Origin: Octopus bimaculoides
Lineage: Eukaryota
Assembly (NCBI RefSeq): GCF_001194135.2
Contig: NC_068989.1
Location: 22,881,838 to 22,945,828 of the forward strand
Reading direction: 5' to 3'
DNA length: 63,991 nucleotides
The position numbers and the translations under genes are program-made. Positions 1 to 12,062 of the stretch are shown piece by piece (position 1 is the first letter of the stretch; each line of letters starts with the position of its first letter). The notes beneath the pieces are model-generated. The model saw only the letters and a list, made by a program, of their open reading frames with translations. It searched no databases and was not told the DNA's origin.

Positions 1-289
1 ATATATATTAATAATTTAGAGAAGAACCACCAAGATGCAATCCAAACAATGAAGGAATCAGACACTATCAAGAAAAATGTACTCTACAAAATACTGATTT
101 AAAAATCTATAAAATCTAAAAGAAAAGTTTATAATCCATAAAATCTATAAAATATTAGATTAAAAATTTAATTCAGTTTAGTAAATTTATAAAAAAAAAA
201 GTGAATAATAAGACTACGCGCGTTTCATGGCCACATAATAGTGGAAAAAATCTGTGCAATTTGCAATAAATCAATCAAAATAAGTTCCA

Positions 290-410
290 CTCGGAATGAA
301 AAGGATGAACGGTAAAACTGACCATGGTGGAACTTGAATCCACAATGTTAAGATGGATGAAATGCTGCAAATCATTTTGCCTGGCATGCTAACAATTCTG
401 CCAGCTTGCC

Positions 411-412
<2 letters not shown>
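290..412 (-). mobile_element. SINE family D (tRNA-like head, TTA-flanked), partial
   Basis: Homologous to copies at 1071-1270, 2698-3705 and 38343-38937. Confidence 0.65.
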
Positions 413-440
<28 letters not shown>

Positions 441-441
<1 letters not shown>

Positions 442-640
442 CAACAACGAAACATCTGGACACTTTAGAAATACCCTACAATCTTGGTGTATTGCAAAAA
501 TCGGCTTTACTTGGAACTGTACACATACTGCATAGAGTATTGTCTGTCTGTGGTGTTAGCTGTGACTTGTACAAATCCCCGGAACACACGATATCTTCAA
601 TCTACAAGATCACAATACTGGATACTATGTGATGTCTTCA
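441..640 (+). mobile_element. 3' end of R4/Dong-like (RLE) non-LTR retrotransposon, copy 1
   Basis: Encodes LQKSALLGTVHILHRVLS (typical R4-clade C-terminus), then a 3' UTR and (TAA)n. Confidence 0.6.
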
Positions 641-689
641 ATAATAATAATAATGATAATAATAATAATAATAATAATGTTGGTAAAAA

Positions 690-1066
690 TAATGAATGAA
701 ACCAAGATCACAGACATTGCCATACATGGAGATGTACAGGTGGATGATAAAGAACTGGAAAAAATTGAGAAGTACAAGCCACTAAAGGATGAGAATGCAC
801 GAAAGTGGGCAATGAAGAGAGTAACTGTCATCCCAGTAGTTGTAGGGCCATTGGGAGCATGAGGGTAGAATATGCTCATCAAACTGCTTTATTGGGGACA
901 GCAAGGGTTTTGAGACTGGCACTTGGATGTTAAATATCAAAGAAGAAGATCGTGTGAGACCCTTGACAACAGGTTGTTGTCTGCTCTTATAGAACTAACC
1001 AGAGCAAGCGGAATCAAAAGCTCTAAGTGAAATAAATGTACAACAATAATAAAAATAATATTAATA
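690..1066 (+). mobile_element. 3' end of R4/Dong-like (RLE) non-LTR retrotransposon, copy 2
   Basis: DIAIHGD...KELEKIEKY...VIPVVVGPLG (restriction-like endonuclease region), then QTALLGTARVLR; AAT-rich tail. Confidence 0.75.
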
Positions 1067-1070
1067 CCTT

Positions 1071-1270
1071 CTAATTTTGACACAAGGCTAGCAATTTCAA
1101 AGGAAGGAGAAAGTAGATTACACTGACCCCAATAGTTGACTGGTACTTTATTTTATCACTGCCAAAAAGGATGACAGGCAAAGTTGACCTCAGCATTGTC
1201 TGAACATAGAGTGTAAAGAATTCAAAGAAATGCCACCAAGCATTTTGCCCATGCGGTAACAATTCTGTTA
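1071..1270 (-). mobile_element. SINE family D copy
   Basis: Minus-sense A/B-box-like head and gcctttcatccttt...gataaa...taccag central motif. Confidence 0.7.
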
Positions 1271-1315
1271 AGTTGTCACCTTTAACTTAAACAAATGATA
1301 AAATAGAATACTTAC

Positions 1316-1495
1316 TTATATAGGAGATCAACAGGGGAAGTAACAACAGCAAGAACAGATAGGAGGATTGAACAAAGGTTGTGTATGCTATAGTGAGGTT
1401 GTTGATTATATCCAGGTTCCAGGAGCTTGACACTTGAGTCACAAATGTACATCATTTGGTCAAACATGCAAAGTAATATTGTAATGATATCCATT
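1316..1495 (-). CDS. KIAA0825: KIAA0825 exon K (180 nt, phase 2 to 2): (R)MDIITILLC...VTSPVDLLY
   Basis: Acceptor ctaattatttcag, donor gtaagt; resembles recalled human LDVTTILIC...LTSPLTELYK. Confidence 0.9.
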
Positions 1496-2489
1496 CTGAA
1501 ATAATTAGAAAGAAAAAATAACAATTATTTTCAATTAAACTTTGCATGAATTGCACAAAATTTCATGAGTCAAACTATTACACATAATACATAAAATGAG
1601 TAATATATAAATCCAGTATACACAACTGAAGTAGTATCTATCTGTGTATCATACAAAATATAGACACACCACTAAAAGAGAAGAAACTGCAGTTTTGCCT
1701 GAGATCTCTTACAGATGTGCTGTGTTAAAAACAAAACATATATTGGAGGCAGATGAAATTTCATCCCGGCAGTGGCTAGGGAGTAAGCCGGATGAATTTT
1801 GGCTTTCTTGGACCTTGGTAATGACAAGAACTTGCGGCCACATATATCATCTCTCTCTGACAGAAAACCAGCAATTTTGAGATAGGGGAGGTAATTATAT
1901 TGACACCGTGGGTGATAGAATTATCTCCCCTGGAATTTGATTTAAAATGTTTTGCTTTTTTTCCACTCCGAGAAGATCACATTAGCAGAATTTTAACTCA
2001 GAACATAATAACTGGAACAGAAACTGCAAGGCATTTTATCCAATGTCCTAAAGATTCTGCCAATACATTACATGCAAAACAATTTATGTTTTGTAACGGT
2101 TTTATAGCTGATAAACCTTCAAATTCTGATAAGTCATAACTAGTCATTGGTAGACTGAAACTATACAAAAGCACAGCATATATACATATATAACGACATT
2201 ATGCAGAAGTTTGCTTGTCTTTTTAAGATGTAACTTAGCAGTGCAACAAATAGATATCGTTATAATAAGTACCCTACTGAAATAAGATCTGAGCCAACAA
2301 TGGTATTTCTATGCTGTTGTTCAACTTGCAAGAAATAGCAACCAATTTTCCCTCAATGTATTATGTCTGAAAGATAAAAGCAGGATGGTTGCAGAATGTC
2401 TTTGAACACAGGTCTGTTTGACCACAATGACCTTGAAGTTAAATGACTACAACTACCAAATCATTTATCAAAAATGATGAAACTTATAC

Positions 2490-2680
2490 CTGAATTGAAT
2501 GACACGTCGAAAGCTTGGTTTTATACGTGTATATCTTCTTGTGAGCATTGCCAGAGATTCATAGAGAATATTGGTAAAAAGACTTTGAGCTAAATTTGGA
2601 GGACATATAGACCAAATGTCAGTCCGGACACCAGTCAAGTGTTGGTGCCACATCTGAATGGGGAAGGAACACCTTTCATT
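2490..2680 (-). CDS. KIAA0825: KIAA0825 exon J (191 nt, phase 0 to 2): NERCSFPIQMWH...RRYTRIKPSFRRVIQF
   Basis: Acceptor gtttcttttctacag, donor gtataa; strong match to recalled human ERCSFSIQMWH...RYARAHPSRKR. Confidence 0.93.
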
Positions 2681-2697
2681 CTGTAGAAAAGAAACAA

Positions 2698-3135
2698 GAG
2701 ACATTATTTAATTCAGGAAGAAAATGTTAAAGGCCGAAGTGAAAAGTACATAGTACAAGAATCAGAAAATAGGAGAATCTAACAATAATAATAATAATAA
2801 TAATAATAACCCCAAAGGGATGAAAGGCAAAGTTGACCACAGCTGAATTTTAATTCAGAATGCAAAGCCAGAAGAAATGTCATGAAGCATTTTGTCCGGC
2901 ATAATAGCAGTAACCCTTTCTACAATAGACACAAGGCCTAAAAATTTTTGCAGGAAGGGGATAGTTGATTACATTGACCCCAGCACTGAACTGGTACTTA
3001 TTTTATTGACCCCAAAAGGATGAAAGGCAAAGGCGACCCCAGCAGCATTTGAACTCAGAACATAAAGACAGATGAAATGCTGCTAAATATTTTGCTTGGC
3101 ATGCTAACAATTCTGCAAGCTCACCATCTTAAATG

Positions 3136-3190
<55 letters not shown>

Positions 3191-3705
3191 TGATGATGAT
3201 GATTTCAAATTCTGGTACAAGACCAGCACTTTCAGGGGAAAAGTAAGTCAATTGTTTGACCCCAGTGTTCAACTGGCATTATTTTATCGACTCCAAAAGG
3301 ATGAGAAGCAAGGCTGACCTCAGCAGAATTTAATAATAATAATGATGATGATGATGATAATTTTGGCGTAAAGCCACCAGTTTTAGAGGACATGGATAAG
3401 TCAACTACATCAACTCTTATACATGACTGTAACTTTATTCTCATGACCCTGAAAGGATTAAAGGCACACCTGACTTTAACAGCATTTGAACTCAGAACAT
3501 AAAGTGCCAGAAGAAATGTTAAAAGGCATTTTTTTCTTGGCACTCTGGCAATTAATCCAATCCCCTGCCTTTATAACGATTTGTAATTTGAGCACAAGCC
3601 TAGCAGTTTTCAATGAAAATGTATAATCAATACCATTGTACCCTGCCATCTTCTTGGTTGGTGCTTTATTGTATCAATCCCAGAAGGACGAGAGGCAAAG
3701 TTGGC
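2698..3705 (-). mobile_element. Tandem cluster of about 5-6 degenerate SINE family D copies separated by (TAA)n/(TGA)n
   Basis: Repeated ccccaaaaggatgaaaggcaaagttgac...gaatttgaactcagaac units. Confidence 0.75.
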
Positions 3706-4246
3706 AACCGATACACGAAAATCTCAGACCTTGAGCCACTCTGGTACTTATACTAAATATTAACACATATATATATATAACCAATTATGTGGATAAACAA
3801 ATTAGATACATTAAATACACAGAGTACAAACAACAGAGAAAATTAAAGTCATTTGTACTCTGTGTAAGCTGAACCTATTATAAATATCTAAATATTTAAA
3901 CCTAAAAATTCGTCATCTGAATTTTGATATCTCTCATTTTGCATGTATACCTATACACATATTTTGTATTTCATACCCAAACTATTATAAATAATATATT
4001 TAATAGGTTTAATGTGTCTAATTTGTTTATCTGCATAACTGTGTCTATACCCTATTATAGTCTTTCTTTACCTTGTGGAATCAATCCCCTGTAAACACAT
4101 CAGAGTCTAAGTTTGAATCTTTTGAGCACTACTAAGTGTCATCTATACAGAAAATCTCTAGGTCTCACCTGTGGACTATATATACTTTATATATATATAT
4201 ACATATACATATATACATATATATACATATATACATATACATACAT

Positions 4247-4509
4247 AGTACTGCCTGACTGGCCTTCGTAGGATTTTCGAGCGAGATCGTTGCCAGTGCC
4301 CCTGGACTGGCTTGTGGCCGTTGCCAGTATCGCCTGACTGGCCTTCGTGCAGGTGACACGTAAAAGCACCTACTACACTCTCTGAGTGGTTGGTGTTAGG
4401 AAGGGCATCCAGCTGTAGAAACTCTGCCAAATTTAGATTGGAGCCTGGTGTTGCCATCCGGTTTCACCAGTCCTCAGTCAAATCGTCCAACCCATGCTAG
4501 CATGGAAAG
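4247..4509 (+). mobile_element. Young 5'-truncated RTE 3' end (tail runs into gap)
   Basis: Near-identical to 8543-8697, 14382-14585 and 53075-53440. Confidence 0.8.
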
Positions 4510-6536
4510 NNNNNNNNNNNNNNNNNNNNNNNNNNNNNNNNNNNNNNNNNNNNNNNNNNNNNNNNNNNNNNNNNNNNNNNNNNNNNNNNNNNNNNNNNNN
4601 NNNNNNNNNNNNNNNNNNNNNNNNNNNNNNNNNNNNNNNNNNNNNNNNNNNNNNNNNNNNNNNNNNNNNNNNNNNNNNNNNNNNNNNNNNNNNNNNNNNN
4701 NNNNNNNNNNNNNNNNNNNNNNNNNNNNNNNNNNNNNNNNNNNNNNNNNNNNNNNNNNNNTATATATATATATACATATATACATACATATAAATATATA
4801 TATGTATATACATATATATACATACATACATACATATAAATATATATATGTATATACATATATATACATACATACATACATATAAATATATATATGTATA
4901 TACATATATATACATACATACATATATATATGTATATACATATATGTATATACACATACACACATCATCCTCATATATTAATATCCATTTTCTATCCTGG
5001 GATGGATTGGACAGTTTGACAAGGTGTGACAAGTCACAAAGCTTCACTGAGATGCCAATGTCTGTTCTGGCACAGTTTCTATGACTTGACACCCTTCCTA
5101 ATGACAACCGTTTTACAGAGAGTAATTAGTGCTTCAATTTTTTTTCCTTCTTCACAGCACTACTGCTGGTGCCAACACCAAGTAACTTGCAACACAATCC
5201 CCTCAATTGAGTGCTGAGAGAGGTAGTATGGAATGCTACAGGGAATGCAGGATTGGTGACAAAAGAAACTGATTCAAAGAAAAAGGGTAGCTGAGATCAT
5301 AGAAAGGGATTATATAATTACAGAAGCTGAGTGTTGTAGTTAGAAGAATGATGGAGGGATGGGTGTTAGGAAGATGTGTTAGGGGGGAATGCTAACCGTA
5401 TGAGTGTGTCTGTCTGTATATCTATCTATCTATCCATCTATCTATCTCTTTATATATATATATATATAAAATAATATTAGGGACAAAATCCAAAATTACA
5501 GGTAAAAACTCAATTAAAATCAATTTATAAAAAATTAAAATTAAATTTAATCGATTTAAATTTCCTTTCTATTTGAAAATTAGTTATGAAACACATGTAG
5601 TCATCTTATGATATTTACTTTGTTTTATATTATACTCATTTATTGTGCTTTTAATTATTAATTTTTCTATATGTGATAGTGGATTTTCATCGATGAGTTC
5701 TTGAAANNNNNNNNNNNNNNNNNNNNNNNNNNNNNNNNNNNNNNNNNNNNNNNNNNNNNNNNNNNNNNNNNNNNNNNNNNNNNNNNNNNNNNNNNNNNNN
5801 NNNNNNNNNNNNNNNNNNNNNNNNNNNNNNNNNNNNNNNNNNNNNNNNNNNNNNNNNNNNNNNNNNNNNNNNNNNNNNNNNNNNNNNNNNNNNNNNNNNN
5901 NNNNNNNNNNNNNNNNNNNNNNNNNNNNNNNNNNNNNNNNNNNNNNNNNNNNNNNNNNNNNNNNNNNNNNNNNNNNNNNNNNNNNNNNNNNNNNNNNNNN
6001 NNNNNNNNNNNNNNNNNNNNNNNNNNNNNNNNNNNNNNNNNNNNNNNNNNNNNNNNNNNNNNNNNNNNNNNNNNNNNNNNNNNNNNNNNNNNNNNNNNNN
6101 NNNNNNNNNNNNNNNNNNNNNNNNNNNNNNNNNNNNNNNNNNNNNNNNNNNNNNNNNNNNNNNNNNNNNNNNNNNNNNNNNNNNNNNNNNNNNNNNNNNN
6201 NNNNNNNNNNNNNNNNNNNNNNNNNNNNNNNNNNNNNNNNNNNNNNNNNNNNNNNNNNNNNNNNNNNNNNNNNNNNNNNNNNNNNNNNNNNNNNNNNNNN
6301 NNNNNNNNNNNNNNNNNNNNNNNNNNNNNNNNNNCATAGATATCCAAGCATTTACCTTCTCTTTTTTTTTTTTTCTTTTTTCTCATTGTCTAGCATCCTT
6401 GTTTTTAGAGTATATATAATACTCTGAAAGATTCCTTGGACATACATGGCATATTTTATAAATGTGCCTAGTTAAAGTATCAAAAAAGAATCTTTTTCGA
6501 TTGTGCAGTAAATTGATACACCCACTCCATTCTAAC

Positions 6537-6582
6537 AAAACTGTCCGACAAACGGTAACGTGAAACTCTGAGTAACAGTTTT
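6537..6582 (+). ncRNA. Degenerate type I minimal hammerhead ribozyme (Penelope-like)
   Basis: Stem I aaaactgt/acagtttt; core CCGACAA; stem II ACG-gtaa-CGT; GAAA; stem III CTC-t-GAG; GUA cleavage triplet. Confidence 0.55.
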
Positions 6583-6610
6583 TGTGATATTTCTGCTGCT
6601 TTTTAATAAA

Positions 6611-6647
<37 letters not shown>

Positions 6648-7041
6648 GAGGACAGAGGATATCAGGTTTTGATAGTACATCACAAATTTTTTTGCACTGG
6701 ACCACCGTTAAGATACTGAGTATATACTATTATAGAAGATCATTCTTTATATGTGTGTGGGCACTCCGAGTGAAATATGATTAATTCTTATAGCAATATA
6801 AATTCAGCATCTTAATGCTTGGTGTGCAATGCAGAAACAAATGTGATCAGCTATTAAAGCCTGTTATCTTCCATCTTTATGTTATATTATTCTTATATTA
6901 ATCTTATGTAAAGAGGAGTTCCACATGTATCTCCAGACCTGGAATATACTGTGGAATAACATGTGGTAGCCAAATAATAGCACAAGAGCTATTATGGTAA
7001 AAACCATTACAAGGTTTTTACCTGAATCATATTATATACAT

Positions 7042-7044
<3 letters not shown>

Positions 7045-7108
<64 letters not shown>

Positions 7109-7140
7109 CATACATAGACAGACAGACAGATAGATATACA
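7045..7140. repeat. (GATA)n/(GACA)n microsatellite
   Basis: Directly visible. Confidence 0.95.
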
Positions 7141-8542
7141 CACCAATACACACATACACAGAGGAAAGAAAGGAAGGGAGGGTACTTTTTCAGTAATCTC
7201 TATCAGGTTTTGGCTGGGTGACTGTGCTCAGTAACATACCATCTTTGTTTTTTGCTTTTTTTTTTGTTTTTTTGTAATTTTTCTTTTCTCATCAGGCAAA
7301 CCTTAATAAGAATTCTTCCAAAGTTATTCTTGTGAAATTCTCTCGCTGGTAAACAAAAACTGCACCGTACAAATAAGGAATGAAACATCAGCTTTGGCAA
7401 ATTTCAGAGAAAAAGGAACAAGGTTTCAGGGGTGAAAAAAATGGATAATGACAAAGTTGTGCAGGGAAATAAATACAAAATAATAATAATAATAAAACAG
7501 TTGCATATGAAACAAATATAGATTTCTATCAATGAGGTACAAAACCAATTTTAGATATAGTTGCATGAACTGACTCCTAGAAGAGTAAAAGCACTTATAG
7601 TTTCAATCTCAAAGAGATAAAAGAACAAAGCCCCAACCCCAACTGGTTTCAACACGTTTGAAAGTCTCAACATAATAATATTACCAACTCTATAAAATAC
7701 TTCCTAATGATGTTAAAATGTTGATTATTGTTAAGCTGTTAATTGCATATTCCACTGTGATGAATACAAAAACAGTTAATACTGACCGAACTATTCAGCT
7801 TTTGCTATTTATAATTACATTGTGATTTTTATGTATAAATTTTATACATGAAGCCACATGGCCAAGTGGTTTGGGTGTTGGTTACATGATCATAAGGTTG
7901 GACCAGGAAGTACATTATATCCTTGAGTAAGGCACATCATTTCATGTCCTTTCAGTTTACTCAGCTGAAAATGAGTACCAGCCAAATGCTGGAATAGCCC
8001 TCTTTGTCTCTGGCTGTCACATTCTCAATTTCAACTTGGTCAAAGGTGAGAGTCTATGTCTGCTTGCGACTATGATGACACCAAAACGATTAGCATATAC
8101 ATGGCATGGCTGTGTGGTGAGAAGCTTGCATCCCAACCACATGGTTCCAGGTCCTGTCCTATTGGTGGAACCCTAGGTGAGTGTCTTCTACTATAACTTT
8201 TAGCCTTTTGGGTGTACTCGGTAGATGGTAAAATTTTAATTAATTCGAATTATTGAATGCAAGAATGAGGAGATCTAATAACACTGAAACATGTCACTAT
8301 ACAAAGGCCACACTCACTTTCCACTCAAGTACTAAGACTGTTTCCCCACTCTCTCTTCCTATCTATCTTTCTATATCTCAATCTCTTTTGGAATCAACTA
8401 CATTGACATGAAACCAGGAAAGAGGTTTTCACACCATGGCCTTAACAATCCATTCATCCTTTTACTACCATCTTATGAACTCAGGCAGACTCCCTACAAC
8501 ACAGCCATATTCAATTTTTAACCAATTTCTGCGTTATAGTTA

Positions 8543-8697
8543 TCATCATCGTTTAACGTCCGCTTTCCATGCTAGCATGGGTTGGACGATTTGACTGAGG
8601 ACTGGTGAAACCGGATGGCAACACCAGGCTCCAGTCTGATTTGGCAGAGTTTCTACAGCTGGATGCCCTTCCTAACGCCAACCACTCAGAGAGTGTA
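8543..8697 (-). mobile_element. Young 5'-truncated RTE 3' end with (ATG)n tail
   Basis: catcatcatcgtttaacgtccgctttccatgctagcatggg... Confidence 0.8.
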
Positions 8698-9478
8698 TCT
8701 TCCTTGTATTTCTGGTCCAAAATTAATCAATAGTTTTGCTTTATTTTTATGAGGTAATTTTAATTCATAAAACCTTTTTTTTCAGTTTCTCCATAGGCAC
8801 AAGCACAACTCAGTGAAAACAAAGTTTGCATGATTATATGATTATCACATGGTCATGAGTTCTAATTCACTGCATGGCACCTTAGACAAATATTTTCTGT
8901 TGTAGCCTTAGGCTAACCAACGGAAACTGCATGGAAATCCATCTTTCACTCACACACACATGCATTTATGTATTTCTTTCGCAAGATTCTTGATGTGAAA
9001 ATGCATGTTGAAACATATTATACTTGGAGATGAGGTTTAATTGGCAAAAGATGACCACTCCCATGTATAACAATATATGTATATATAAATCAAATATAAA
9101 TTCAAAAAAGGATAAAAATCTTTTACAAGAATTTTATCAGGAAGCTAGTGTGTAAAAAAATTCATAAGGGAAATTTCTATTCCCAAGAGTATAATTATTC
9201 GTTTATATTTATATAAGGGCATTACTACAGTGTGTGGCATTATTCTGTAGTAATGCCCTTATATCAATATAAATCAAATATAGGTGTATCAAATACCATG
9301 CAACATACATTCCTGATTTATTAAAATTATCTTCACCTCTAGATGTGTTACAATTACCAACAGACAACTGAAACCAGATCCATATAAGAAAGGAAAATTC
9401 TTGATTCTGGAGATTATCTCCCCTTCACATATGAGGCTGGTCTCAACTACCATTTGATAATTGTGACACATCCTCCAT

Positions 9479-9682
9479 CCCTGTAGTATTCAGATTACTC
9501 TGTCAAATGTAATTCACATTGTTTTGATTTAAATCCTGCATTATCTCATAGATTGAAGATTTTGATTATCAAATTGTTCACTTTTAGAATGACATTCCAG
9601 GGCAAATGTAAGTCGCCACATTTGGCCATTTTGAACATTTTGTATATCTGAGCTGGATATGTCCTGTTTAAATACTAAAGGG
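9479..9682. mobile_element. TTAA-type (piggyBac-like) MITE, degenerate
   Basis: Same family as 58897-59114; ends aatactaaaggg. Confidence 0.55.
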
Positions 9683-10367
9683 ATAATGACAGAGATGACT
9701 TTAATAAACCAAGAATTTATGTTGTATGGTATCTAACATACCTGTATTAGTTTTAGTTGTTTCAAATACATGTCACTGTTCACTCTTAGTTATTTTTCTT
9801 AACTCGTGTACATGTGTGAGTGTGTCAAACATAATGCTTAATGCTTATCTATGCACATTGATTTGAATTAAATCATGCCTTGAGATTGCAATGATGAAAT
9901 TTATTTTTAGAATGATATTGTAGAACAGATATGAGAGACTGGATTTGGCCAGTTTCTGAATAAAAACAGGCAGAATATTTTGGCTGGATATGGCCTGTTT
10001 AAATGCTAAAAAGTTAAGCTGTTTGTTTCAAATTATATAGATTTCAATGAATTAGGAATGGGTATTTGAGTAGGGCAAAAAACAAATCCCAGCAAGATTT
10101 TGAACTGTGAATGTTGAGGGGCAAAATTAGATAGTCAGGCAGGTTTAGTTTGTTGTTCTATCAGTTTCTGTTCACTTGAGACTCTTTAACTAGTTACTAA
10201 TAACACAAAGAAGATATATCGTAAATAATGAAGAAACTGTTACAAACAATGAAAAAATATAAATACAGAAGATGTCATAAATAAGGAGGAAAACACACCA
10301 TAAATAATGAAGAAAATATAAACAACAAAAAAAAAAAAAGATGTATCACAAATAACAATTAAGATAC

Positions 10368-10518
10368 CTCATAAAACTCCTTCTCCTCAGCCCAGTGATA
10401 ACTCTCAGCATCATAGAGAATGTTCGATAAGAGAATAGTGTGGACATGGCTAATCTTCTCCAGCAAGATATCAACAACTTCAACAAACTGTTCGTGTCGG
10501 GTGGCAAATGGTTTCTTC
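10368..10518 (-). CDS. KIAA0825: KIAA0825 exon I (151 nt, phase 2 to 0): (G)KKPFATRHEQF...YDAESYHWAEEKEFYE
   Basis: Acceptor ttgtgattatcag, donor gtatct; conserved DAES-HW---FYE motif. Confidence 0.92.
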
Positions 10519-10620
10519 CTGATAATCACAACAAAATACAGAAATGGTAAGGATTTCATTAAAGTGGAACAAGGGTTCAAATTTGGGGGGAGAGGGTTGC
10601 CAATTAAGCCGACTCTAGTT

Positions 10621-11153
10621 GTTGGGTGGCATGTGTAAAGAAGTTTGGTTCCTAACCACATGGTTTCAGGTTCCGTCTCAGGGTATGACACCATAGGCAA
10701 GAGTCTTCTACTATAGTCCCTGGCCAACCAGACATCTTAAGCAAGAGTCTTCTACTATAGCCCCAGGCCAACCAAAATCTTGTGAATGGATTTGGTAGAC
10801 AGAAACTGGAAGAAGCCTGTTGTATATATGTGTGCATGTGTGTACATATACATATATGTATTTATGCATATATGTCTGTGTTTATGTATGTGTGAGTGTG
10901 TACATGTTCATCTCTCCTTGCCTTGACATCACAAGATAGTCATAAATGAGTCTCACTGTCACACAAGCGGTGTCCTTTTCTAATGCTCTGTGAAGACATG
11001 TTTGACCATGGGAAATATCACCTTACTTGAAAGACAAGGAAGGGCTGGTGACAGGAAAGGCATTTAGATGTAGAAAATCTGCCTCTATAAATTCTGTCCA
11101 AACCCTGCAAGCCTGGAAAAGTGGATTGCAAAATGATGTTGATGATGATGATG
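10621..11153 (+). mobile_element. SINE family A2 (tRNA/CORE-like head, microsatellite, RTE-type (ATG)n tail)
   Basis: Head shared with A1 copies; tail aggaagggcat...gtagaaaatctgcc...aaatgatg. Confidence 0.7.
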
Positions 11154-11218
11154 AAAACAGTGATGTATGTATATATGTGTGAGCATGCACTTGTATATGT
11201 ATGTGTATGTGTTTCCTT

Positions 11219-11604
11219 AGTGGAGGCGCAATGGCCCAGTGGTTAAGGCAGCAGACTCGCGGTCATAGGATCGCGGTTTTGATTCCCAGACCGGGTGTTG
11301 TGAGTGTTTATTGAGTGAAAACACCTAAAGCTCCATGAGACTCCGGCAGGGGATGGTGGCGAACCCTGCTGTACTCTTCCACCACAACTTTCTCTCACTC
11401 TTTCTTCCTGTTTCTGTTGTGCCTGTATTTCAAAGGGTCAGCCTTGTCATACTGTGTCACATTGAATATCCCCAAGAACTACGTTAAGGGTACACGTGTC
11501 TGTGGAGGGCTCAGCCACTTGCACATTAATTTCATGAGCAGGCTGTTCCGTTGATCGGAACAACTGGAACCCTCGACGTCGTAAGCGATGGAGTGCCAAC
11601 AACA
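11219..11604 (+). mobile_element. SINE family B (tRNA-Arg-like head), full length, 12-bp TSD atgtgtttcctt
   Basis: A box tggcccagtgg, B-box-like ggttttgattcc; TSD at 11207-11218 and 11605-11616. Confidence 0.85.
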
Positions 11605-11874
11605 ATGTGTTTCCTTTGTATTGCCATTACTTGATAGTTGTGAATGAGTGTCACTGGCATACAAGCAGCGGCATTCATTACCAATATTCTGTGAGAGCAT
11701 GTCTGGCCATGGCGAAATATAACTTTGCTAGAAAAACAGGTGAAGGGCATCCAGCTGTAGGAAAATCTGCCTCAACAAATTTTGTCCAACCCATACAAGC
11801 ATAGAAAAATGGTTGTTAAAACGATGATGATGATGGTGTGTGTGTATGAGTGTATATGTGAGAGAGAGAGAGAA

Positions 11875-11925
<51 letters not shown>

Positions 11926-11995
11926 AAGAGAGAGAGAGAAAGAGAGANNNNNNNNNNNNNNNNNNNNNNNNNNNNNNNNNNNNNNNNNNNNNNNN

Positions 11996-12062
<67 letters not shown>

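Noticed and set aside
290-1270. Idea that SINE family D is mobilised by the neighbouring R4/Dong elements
   Set aside because: In its own sense (A/B boxes first) D ends in (ATT)n, opposite to the (TAA)n tails of the R4 ends, and I see no shared 3' sequence
2698-3705. Repeat-spacer appearance resembling a CRISPR array
   Set aside because: Units are long, degenerate SINE copies with microsatellite spacers; eukaryotic context and no cas genes
8255-8300. tgagga...gaaacatgtca resembling a hammerhead
   Set aside because: Stems I and II do not pair
11219-11295. tRNA-like sequence (also at 42832, 46148 and 55269)
   Set aside because: SINE heads: each continues into a ~310-bp shared body, three of the four have clear TSDs, and there is no proper acceptor stem
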